NCBI GenBank assembly: GCA_000320545.1
Contig: ADNK01000620.1
Coordinates: forward strand, 1 to 58,106
Length of the DNA stretch: 58,106 nt
Reading direction: 5' to 3'
Source: Bigelowiella natans CCMP2755
Lineage: Eukaryota; Protista; Cercozoa
A program made the position numbers and the translations under genes. This document shows, piece by piece, positions 1-10,800 of this stretch; the stretch's first letter is position 1; each line of letters starts with the position of its first letter. Under the pieces are notes generated by a model. It did not search any database and had not been told where the DNA came from. It was given only the letters and a program-made list of their open reading frames with translations.

Positions 1-36
1 GAACTTCATCATAGCTCAACCGCCAAACTATACTGC

Positions 37-69
<33 letters not shown>

Positions 70-419
70 TATGAATTATTAATTTAGTAAACATGTTGAT
101 AGTGGCAGTATAAAGAAGTGAAAATTGTATTTAGGCGAGTGATCTAGAACTCAGTGGAGAATTCATGGGCATGATTCAAGTCTTTGATGCGCCAAAAGAT
201 CGCAAGCAGCCATACATGTACGCCGCGCTATAATATGTGACTGTGAAGAAATAGTTGACACAACAGATATTTCTCTTAACCCTTAGTACGAGTTGAACAA
301 ACTTACATGGCAGCATGGCGAGTGAAGTAGTAGCCATTATAGTAGTAGTCGTAGTTGTAATAGAAGAAGAAGAAGTAGTTTAACCTGCAAACCAGAGTGT
401 TTCGCTTGTTTTCTGTCAG

Positions 420-509
420 ATTTGTAGGCTACGATCCCCATATCCTTCCTAACAAACAACACACACACACATTTATAGGCTACGATCCCCATATCCTTCC
501 TAACAAACT

Positions 510-521
<12 letters not shown>
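420..521. repeat. 51-bp tandem duplication (2 copies) merging into (CA)n
   Basis: atttgtaggctacgatccccatatccttcctaacaaac at 420 and atttataggctacgatccccatatccttcctaacaaac at 471. Confidence 0.95.
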
Positions 522-546
<25 letters not shown>

Positions 547-632
547 GAGGTTTCTGTCCAGAACGTCGTCGTTGGCATCGCATTATACCGATAATAAATC
601 CTGTATTACTCCTAGTATTGCTATTTTGTTGC

Positions 633-2728
633 TTACATAGATGCTGCATCATCGCTGGCAGGTGGGACAAACAGAACGCCTTCTTCATCATCATCCTGCT
701 TTACGTCCAACACCTGCAGCAGGAGGAAATGGCTCAAATCATCACTATTTTCTTACTGTCAATAGCATATCAAGTAAAAGTAGTTTGCACCTTTGCTCTC
801 ACCATATCCACGTTGTCACCACTACCGCCACATACACCACACCAGTACCACTACTATTTTACTTTTATTATTATGATGATCACCGTCGTCTTCTTTACCC
901 AGCAACATGAAACATCAATATCATCTAATATAGAAAAAGGGGCTCCTACTACCACCATCACCACTACTACTACTACATCAGCGGCAAGCTGTAGAATTTG
1001 CTTTGCAAAGCACTGATCTTCTCCTTTACGGTCTCTTCTCCCTTTTTCCAAGCTCACATATCGTGTCCACACCTTCTCATCATTGCATGTATAAGAGCAA
1101 GGCACAAGAAGCAGCACAAGATATATCACTAACCCATCAAGATGATAATCATACTAGGGCGAGGAGGACGATTATACGGACAAAAAGTTCAGGAGGAGGA
1201 GGAGGAGGGGGGGGGATGGGGAGGGGTGAAGAAGAATACCGATGATCCATCATATGCTGCTAAGTATCCGTGATGCTTCCCTCTCCTTGGCCTGCTTGAA
1301 ACCACGGCAGCTGGTGCGTGTGTACAAGGAAGAAACCAGAGACAAGGAGAGAGGGAGACAGGGAGAGAGAGGTGAGGGGAAAAGAAAAATGAACAAGAAA
1401 TAGAGATACAAGGACAATGGAGTCAACGTAAAAGAAGGCTGCTTCCATCTTAATCGAGCAATAATTATATGGGAACAACGAGCGAGAAAAAGGAGTAAGA
1501 GGAAACAAATTCGGACAATAATTACAGTCATACCAACTAATATTTATAGCAGTAGTAGTAGTAGTGGTAGTAGTAGTAGTAGTAGTAGGAGGAGGAGGAG
1601 GAGGAGGAGGAGGAGGAGGAGGAGGAATAGTAATTGTAGAAGCATCATAGCACGAGAGATAGAGAATAGGAGATGAAAGGGCAATAACAAATAATTGGTT
1701 ACGATCTCATCACCTGAACATCCAATGCCAACAAACCTAGTGGAAGTAAGTGCCTTCACAGTCTCCTTAGAACATTTACCTAGTGCTGTGAGCAAGCGTG
1801 CTCTTTCGAAAGCTCCCTTTGCAAGCATAATTGCAGAATCTTCGCTAACAAATTTCCTCGGTTCGCCCCCCATGTACTCGATAGAGCTACGATTGATTAA
1901 AATGTATTATCACTTAACTACTTCTTAAGCATGCTGCTAGTTGAAGAACAGGGTTCTGTAGTGGCCAGAAATACAGGTAAAAAAGTCGCTGTCAAACAAT
2001 GAACCCGGGACTAGTATCACTTTCAGTTGGCCAACCTTTCCTTAGCGTAAGGAACACTGATCTCCATCACCAGTTGCGACATCCCGGGCACTTGAGTGAG
2101 GGCTCGAATCGCATCACCTTGGAAGGAAGAGAAGGATTACACATAATCAAGACAACCAACGGCAAGTTGAATGAAAAAGCACGATCGATGCGAAGGAAAT
2201 AAGAGATTGTTTTAGCAAGCGTAGTGTGACGGCAATGGAGCAGGTTGCTGCAGTTTTGATGAAACTGAAAAGTATCTCACCTCCCGATCCTGTTGTAGCA
2301 ATGGCTATCTATATTACCCAAAACACACAGAAAGAGAAGAAGAAGAAAAGGAGAACTACATTAAACCCATCCCTGGTTTCACTTACAATACATCTCCACC
2401 ATCCCTTGAAGTCATAGATAACAGATAACATAGAATAAACACGTCATACTACCTTGGTCCCAGCAACCTTATAAAGTTTTTCAACAAGTGCTTGAGATCT
2501 ATCCATCTTCCCCGAAGTTTCTGAAGACTGCGACTGCAACAAAAGCTTTCTAGCCCGATGTCGGCCAGCCAGTGTGGTTTGTTTCAGAGCCCGAATTCTA
2601 GCAGCTGCGGTAATAGATCTCGAAGTAATAGTAGTGGTAAGGGTAACTCGAATGGCACGAGCGACAACGGTGCTGCAGAGCCCCCATACACAGAGCACAA
2701 AGAAGGGACTACTACTACTATCGCTCAT
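633..2728 (-). CDS. CinA/PncC-fold protein (resembles the N-terminal domain of plant/algal CinA-like + cytidyltransferase-like proteins), multi-exon, with putative signal + transit leader
   Basis: Spliced at GT-AG junctions it reads ...MDRSQALVEKLYKVAGTK|IAIATTGSG|GDAIRALTQVPGMSQLVMEISVPYAKES|SIEYMGGEPRKFVSEDSAIMLAKGAFERARLL...FVGIGCS|AAVVSSRPRRGKHHGYLAAYDGSS|VWTRYVSLEKGRRDRKGEDQCFAKQILQLAAD|VLDVK... This matches the CinA-type 'LT.VPG.S...V.Y...FVS...A..MA' pattern. The 3' end is uncertain: either TAA at 633-635 or further small exons to about 276. Confidence 0.75.
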
Positions 2729-2998
2729 TGTCTACCGCCACGATGCTTCTTTGGAGAATTAAAGAGTGGAGTAAGATAATAAGATGCTGGTTCATCCCTT
2801 GTCGCCCTTACAGGATTGAGGGGATTTAAGTGTATGCTACCAACACTTCTCTTGTCGTTCTTGAAGAATCGGAGAGGCTCACAGCAATAAAGATATCGTC
2901 CAGGACGCACTACGAGTTCCAAACTATCTTCATTATCGGTTCCGACCTATCGCACCTCTGCAAAAGCACAACCTAAAGCCAAAAACCAATCAACAACC

Positions 2999-5900
2999 AT
3001 GGGTGCAAAGATCTCCAAAGAAAGGGTAAGATCTTGCAGGAGAAGCATTTCCGAGATCGCGAATGAGTTCTGTTCTCTGTATGTAGATCGGAAAGCTATT
3101 CGCAAAGCTTGACAAGAACGGTGACGGGTTCGAACATCCCTTGTTCATCTGAAGTATCTATTGTAAATTTGACAGCGACATATGATTCAGGTTCCTCTCA
3201 ATTGACGAACTTGCGCCTCTCGCCCAAGCATGTAAGGATCGATTGACTTCACTATATTATTCTTGTCTTCACGTTAATCATCCTTCCAGGTGAGTTCGAC
3301 TTAAAGGAATTCAGGGCCACTTTCGAAAAGGCGGACAAATCCAAGGTATTATTCAGTCCGTGAGAAATGAGTTCAGTGCATTGAACAGAATGTATCTCAC
3401 AGGATGGAGTGCTAAATCTCGAAGAGGCTTCGAAGCTCCTCAAAAATATGAAGATCACTGAGGAACAGGTTTTCCCCTTTTTGTTTTGCAGTAGCTATCG
3501 AAGTAAGTAATGACTAACAATTAGTTCGAAGCTGTGGAAAATGGACTGAGCACAGTGTTGGGAGTGCTTACTGATGTTACCGTTGTGACAATGAAAGGGA
3601 ATCAGGTAATAAAATCAGCTTGTCACATACCATACCTACTTTTAATAATTGTGGAACATAATTTTAGGGCGCCGATCGAAAAATTCTTTGCCGGGGAGAT
3701 TTAAATATACTTCAGATTAATGACGGCTTGGTATTGGCCATGTATGTTATCAAGTTGGTATTGTTTGATATTGGGTATTATAGGTTGCATTGACTGTGAG
3801 CGACAAGTTTGTTTACGCTCTGAAACAGAAACTCCCCACTGTTCGTATTGCGAAGTACGAATCCTAGTCTAGTCCCATACTTAGATTTGGGACCTAATTT
3901 TTTATCTTTTTCAGACAGTTCTATTGCCTACCCGGAGTGGAGAGCGGAACTTACTATGGCTTGCTCATGTCGAAATGCGGTAACATTACTATAGAAATCA
4001 AATTATAGCACATCAAGTTCTAAATAATTGTAAATAATTGTAGATGATGAGGCGCTTGATTCTTTCGACGTTATTCTGGACAAGGAAACGACTTTCAAGG
4101 GGTAACTACATCATCATGAAAGCATCGGTATGATAGGTGATTCGACGTGTGTTTCAGATTTTTTTCTGTCGCCCCCGCGAAGAAATCTGCTGTTCCTGAA
4201 GGAGAGGCAAAAAAGTCCGGAGGCGCGGTTGCAACATCTTCTTTCTTCTCAAGATTAAAGGATAAGGTGAATGTTTTACTTCTAAGTTGCATTTCATTAT
4301 TACACATACCTTCCTTGTAAAACCTCAAAGGCTGCCAAGGCTGTAAAAGACGTTCAAGCAAATGAAACCTATAAGAAATTATCCGTAAAGGTAGTTACAT
4401 TGCATCTGTATCAAGAACAGCATGAAGTCAGTGTTTGTTGTTAGGCAACAAAGGCTTACGAGGATGCTGTTAATAGCGATACATATAAAAAAGCCAAAGC
4501 AGCTGCAGAGGAGCAGCTCGCAAAGCTTAAAGACTCAGACTCGTATCAGAACGCGAAAAAGAAGGTAGTTTAAACTCTCCACTTATAATATTGTTCCAAT
4601 ATATTTTTTGTAAATAGGCTCAGGAGAAATTAGATGAAATCAGGAAATCTGAAGCTTTCAAAGAGGCACAAAAGTTGGGGAAGCAGGGTATCGATTTGGC
4701 CAAAGTCCGTACCCACTCTTTAATTTCGTCGGAAAGGATTGTGACGTTCTCAACACATGTGTTTCATGTGATGTAAACAGGAGAAACTTGAGGAAGGGAA
4801 AGCGTATACACAGGAGATTATTAAGTCTCAAAAGGGAAAGAGTGTGGGTGATAAAATCTCCACTGGGGTAAGTAGCTCGATCATTTTTCAAACGTGGCGG
4901 AAGTGATGAATTTACTTATCGATAATATATGATTAATTTGGCCGAAGGTTAATGTGGCTACAGATGGAGCTGTTGTTGCTATTGGTTACACCGCAAAATT
5001 TGCGGGTGAGACTGTCAAAAAAACAGCGCAGGTTGCGTAGCAAGTATTGCAGGTTTGTAGTATTACCTTGATTTCTCTACATACCTCAGATCTTGCGGAA
5101 AACGTTGAAGCCTGTTAAGAAGAAACCACAAGTACGTAGTGATATCCATCAATTGATCTAACCATCATCTAAGAACGTATCTTTACAGGTCTCAGAGAAA
5201 ACGAAGGCATATGTGAAAACAGCTGCGAAATGGTCAGGCAAAGGTAACAGGACGCACAATTTTGTTTAGAACACAGGTTTCTCAGTTGCTCACATGTGAG
5301 CTACATTTTTTTTCGTAGCTGTCGTGGTCTCCAAACATGTTGCCTCTACGGCTTTGGCTGTCGCTGATGCACTTTCTTCAAAACTTACCGAAGCAATCGA
5401 GAGTTCGTCAGTCTATAAGGACAATCAACATAAGGTGGTGGTGTGCAAACGATCGGCTTGTGGGATACATCGCTGATTTCATCCATAATTTGTAGATGCA
5501 AAGCCAGGCTGTTCAGGATACGAAAAAGGTTGTTGGTGCGCACTTTAAATAGATTGTCCTAATTCGATATTTCCCCTCTGTATGTTGAAGGTGGTGAAGG
5601 CTGGCCTCGAAGGCAGTTTCAAGATTATCGATGCAATGATTGATGCAGGTACCAAACTCTCAATTTCTCTTGGTTTTTTCACCGATTATTTATTTTCCTT
5701 AGGCCTGCTCTTTGTGGCCGAAGTCACTGTGGCGGCCGCAGATGTACACCTATACAGGAGAACACAAAGTATGAGATTATGAGATATGTGTTTGTTTGAA
5801 GGTGGCAGAGCACACGCATGGATCTGAGGTCGGAGCTGTCGCGAAAGATGCAGGTGCCATTGTCACCAATGCAGCCAAGGCTGGTGCCAACTTAAGGTTG

Positions 5901-6267
5901 ATTCTCGAACGCTGTATCAACGAAAGGAGATCTGTTGTCAAATTAGCCATTTTAGTTCTACTTTAACTTTTGCAATAATTATCCTTATATAGGTATGTCG
6001 GCTTGACTCCCATGGCAAAACGTGCACTTTTAGGAACCACCGTTGAAATGCTGGTGAACAAATTATGATATTATCTATGTTGAGTTTACTCACACTGGCT
6101 GCTTTAAGGGAACGGAGGAAGAGAAAAAGGCCATCAAGGCTGGCAAAAACGTATGTTTTAAGTGTGCTAATTTCTGATTCTCACTAAGATCCTCTCATAT
6201 TCATCAGACAAATGCAACTGCGACCTTGGCGGTCAACTTGGTGGCAGCACAGGCGTCGGTCAGTTAA
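2999..6267 (+). CDS. EF-hand + senescence/spartin-associated domain protein with an N-terminal MG (possible myristoylation); more than 20 short introns
   Basis: Spliced: MGAKISKER|IGKLFAKLDKNGDG|FLSIDEL...FEKADKSK|DGVLNLEE (two EF-hands). Then a spartin/ERD7-like middle region (VALTVSDKFVYALKQKLPTV..QFYCLPGVESGTYYGLL) and a senescence-domain pattern (AGETVKKTAQ|ILRKTLKPVKKKPQ|VSEKTKAYVKTAAKWSGK|AVVVSK...|VAEHTHGSEVGAVAKDAG). Introns are about 55-65 nt GT-AG; TAA at 6265-6267. Confidence 0.8.
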
Positions 6268-6373
6268 TACGAAAGATATGCTGCGCACAATTGCTATGAT
6301 TTGGCGCTGGAGGTGTTGTACATCATGTATGGTGTACCTTGGGTCCATTGTTTTATCGGTTGCGGGCGTGGTT

Positions 6374-6857
6374 GTCCGGGTTATTACTTTGATGCAAAAT
6401 CAGTTTTTAGTCATCAACATTGAACAAGTTCAACACCAACACATTGTTCAACAGCAGCCTGCCACGCGCAGGGCAAACAGCAATGTTGCAACACGCTCTC
6501 CTGTGGCACTATCATGACTGTTGGTGTTGGGGTTCGCATGAGCTCTAGAGCTAGTGCATCGCTGGTTGTCCGCTGCGCATCGCATCTGAGCTACACTTGA
6601 GATGGTGACAAATTGCATGTCAAAAGCACCATGCACACAGCGAGTCTATTGCGCCCCACGCATGCAGCTTGTGTCGTCTGGCCACGCTTGCTAGATACAC
6701 GAACATTCAGCACGTACGACACTGTCCGGGTACGTTGCTTTGATGCAAAATCCGTTTTTAGTCATCGATCTGCATTGAACAAGTTCAACACCAACACATG
6801 GTTCGCAACAGCAGCACTGCCATGCGAAGGGCAAACAACAACGTTGCATCACGTTCG
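6374..6857. repeat. Degenerate ~125-135 bp direct repeat (6374-6497 and 6724-6857)
   Basis: Shared blocks gtccgggt, tttgatgcaaaatc.gtttttagtcatc, cattgaacaagttcaacaccaacacat, caacagcagc, agggcaaaca, gttgca. Confidence 0.9.
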
Positions 6858-7848
6858 CCAGCCACGTGCACTCAGGTGGACAGACCTGGCATCTGGCATG
6901 GCGTCAAACCCCAGAGAATGTGACAGACATGCACATGATCTAGATGATGTGCATGTCTAGATGTGCTGATGTGCATGTGCACATGCACACATTTATGTAC
7001 ACATGCATGTGCAATGTGTGTAACATATGCTGTGTCTGTTGTGAATGAGGACAATCGTGGAAAATGACCAACCTGCTCGTGCTCCAGTCTAGCAGTGCTC
7101 AAAAGAACAATGTGACGGTAACGTTTGAATTGTTTCTCCCTTTCTTTTCCTTGGCAAGAATGCCGAATGTCATTTCCACATGGATTTCAATCCTGCGACA
7201 GACATGAACCGTACTGTCCATCATTCAAATTAATTTGTCGCCACCATGGCAAGAAGAACGAACGAAACTCTGATGTGTCTCCTGAGAACTGCAGAGCTGG
7301 ATTGGGAAACTGACAACTGCCAACGCTCAGGCGTTTCCCCCAAAATACAATTAAAAATCACAACAAATCATGGCCTTTTTATTTCTATTTGACATTTTTA
7401 AGACAATTCTTCTTCAAAACCTACGGCGTTCATTGTGGCACCCTTGGTGGATTCAAGATAAAACTCATTGCATTGGGACTTGTCCATACCCATGATTAGT
7501 TTTAATTTTTGACTGCGACATAAAACCAATTCTATTTACCTGTAAAATGACCTTATTTCAAGCCAATATTACATTATGCGATTCCTTAAAAGGGATGAAA
7601 TTTGGGCCAGGTTGAATGGGGTCCAGGAGGTTTTAGCCTCTGATTTGGTTTATTGAGCTCTATCCCTTTAATTACTCTGGGCTAAAGAGTGACAGCATTA
7701 AACAACTAAGTGCCGTTTCCTCTCATCTGTCTGGCATCACATCCTGCTGCCGCCCCCAGAGATAGGTATAACGAACGAGTAAAATGAAAATGAAAAACTC
7801 TAATAGAAGAAATCGAATAACAGTTGGCACATTAGGTGATCTACTATA

Positions 7849-10800
7849 ATGGACGGGAAGACAGAGAAAGAAGAAGGGGTGGCAACAAACCTCCTCAAGA
7901 GTAAGCACTACAACGATGTGCTCAATCAAGTTTATACGGATGCTGAAAACGCGGAGCCTATGGAGCAAGCGGTATAAATTTATAAATTTATTTATGACAT
8001 CAATGTATTGGTTCTACGCAAGGCATATCATCCGGTCGTATATTTAATCAATTTTCTTCGATGATAGGATGGAGGTATGGAACCATCTTATCCTCAGGCG
8101 GAGTGGAGGACAAAAGCAGACAAAAAGTATGCAATCACTGCCCATTCATCCAATGCAGAAAATAATAAGTTTATTACCCCAGGTTCACCACTAGAAAACT
8201 CGATGAATTTCGGGAAAGACGCATGAAGAAAAAAATGGATGCAATGTGGGTTTTATAAATGCACATATACAGACCACCAACCCATCACTAGAAATGTAGA
8301 GGATTGAATAAAACACTTTATTCTATATTGCTCGAGAGATTTCTGACTTTTCCCGATAAGTTCCACAAATCTGTACGGCATACACAGTATAATATGTTAA
8401 TTTATTTCATAGGAAAAGGCAGCAAGTGTCTGTGAAGATTCCGAAGGTGTTTGCGAATATAGGAAAAGGATTTAGTGGCAGGTCCAAGAAGGTAATTTGT
8501 TACAACAATTTCCTAATGCAGGACAGCTCTGAGGTTAGTTTATTATGCGTTGTGCAGACAAAACAGAATAAGATGAAGAAGCAGGATTCTAAATCAAGAA
8601 CTTCCAAAGACGGCAAAGACGACTTGAAGAAGACGATAATAATTCGTGAGAATCCTAGTGCTGAACCACCTTCCCGTGCAAAATCATTACGAGAAAGAAA
8701 GGAAAGATTGATGAAACAGAAGACAGAAAAAAGAAAACTTGTAAATGGTGATGAGATGCCGAAATCAGAAAGGGTATATACCATAAGTTTACAGGATTCC
8801 GAGTTGTATAAGGTCACGAAAGGTGAAATGGAAGAACTATCGCTCGAGCTGTTTGATTCACCGGAAAACGTTAGCAGAACACCGCAAGAATGGGTAGAAC
8901 TCGGAGCAAATAACGGAGGCACAAAGTGCAAGGTCAGAATGTACACCCAGAAGAAATGGGACTGGGCTAGTGCGGTTGTAAAGGCTTACGATGAAACTTC
9001 ACAACTATTTGCCGTCGATTGTGGAAACAATATTATCAAGAATCTGCCCAGGTTGTCGATATTGTTTGACGAAGATGACCCAAAGGCATTCCATGAACGC
9101 CTTCGCAAATGTCAGAAATTAAGAGAAGCGGCCTATGCGTTGCGACGTTATACTAGTCTAATTCAAGCTCAAAACCCGGACCTCTTTGCTGAAATCGAAC
9201 AGGATAGTCTGCATGGAATTGTAGAACGTCTTGTGTTATTCGAGGAGGAACTTGTGGTCAGCAGACAAGAAGAAATGAAATCACTGTTACATGAGGTGAA
9301 GGATATGTTCGAGTTCTGCATGAAAGCCCACGTCATAGAATTTGCGCGTAAGACAGACCCAACTGAAGAATCGCGATTGTCTCATTTGAAGATTCCTCCA
9401 TTGAAACCACTTTCACCTGTGCCACATCTGGCGGTCATTAGTCTCCCAGAAGAACGACCAAGATACATCACGAAAGGTACTTCCTATCCAAAGGACAGAA
9501 GTGGCCACGTGGGATATCGCATCAATGCCAAGCATCATGACATTGTGTGGATCGATTGGCTACGGCACAGAATCTGCTCGCGTCACTACACAGCTTACAA
9601 GAATACTGACAAGGTTGTCCTTAAAATATATAAGTGCTGGGACCTTGTTAAGGACGATTTGTTCTTTGACGCGGATGATGAAAAGATGAGGCCATGGAGC
9701 TTATATAAGTTTCACGACCACCAAAACGATGTATTCGCAGTCGTTCTCAAGAATTTGGAACATGAATGGCGAATGACCTCCGCCAACTACATTAAAGAAG
9801 TGCTTGCGTCTACTTTTCACCTTTACGTCAGTGAAGAAGATTCCTACATGGATGGCCAACTTTGCAAGTTTCTCAAAATGATAGGGTTCATATTGCGTGA
9901 TCAACTTACAGACATCATCTTCCGGACTGTAGATACGATCATGGGCATTCTCAACCAATTCGATAAGAAAAAAGAACAAAATTCGGATGAGAAGTATGAT
10001 TCTTTAGGTCCCAAGCCCCTGCTCGTATTCAAGTTAACGAGTGCCAAAGGGAAAGTAATCTTCAATCCCAGCCTGGATCAAATTGAAAGCACAATTGTGG
10101 CACTTCTAGAAGTTCCACAACGCGTGACAAGTCTAATCGATATCAACACCGATGTTGTCCCTCTACTCAGGCTCCCAGAAACACCATTGGTTGCGCCTGA
10201 AAGCACGCCACATCTTTACCAAAAAATCGACATGTCAAAGCAAGAAGCAAAGAGGATAATCGAGCAAAACATGATCGAGCCTCTGGAAATTCAAAAGCGA
10301 TACGCTAAGTTTGAAAAAATCTTGGGCACCGAGACAAAGAGCTATGTAAAGAAATGGTTTGAGAGAGGAACTAAGAAACCAGAAGTTCCAAAAACACCTG
10401 TCCATTCTCCTAAACATCATCGATCCAGACGCTTGGGCGGGTTAGCCGGTAAGAAGGATAAAGAAGAAAAGAAAGTTGTTCAAGAGGTTCCGTACACTTT
10501 AGAGGAGACTAGAGCAGAAATTAGAAAGTATGTAGATTCAATAGAGGCAATCAAGAAAACATCAGAGATTTTTGTAGATTGTGGATTGCTGAGAATCGAT
10601 TGCGAGAATGTGAAGGAGCATCTAATATCAAAAGCAGTTGAGCTTAAAGACGGCTTGCTAGAAGGACTAGAGAACAAGGCGCGAACTCTTGACGGAAAGC
10701 TCTCTGTCGAGTTTGAAGAAATCTTAGATAAGCTAGGCAAGGTTCCTAAAGATACTGAAACAATGGCTACATTGAAAGATTACATGGAGAAAGTAATTAA

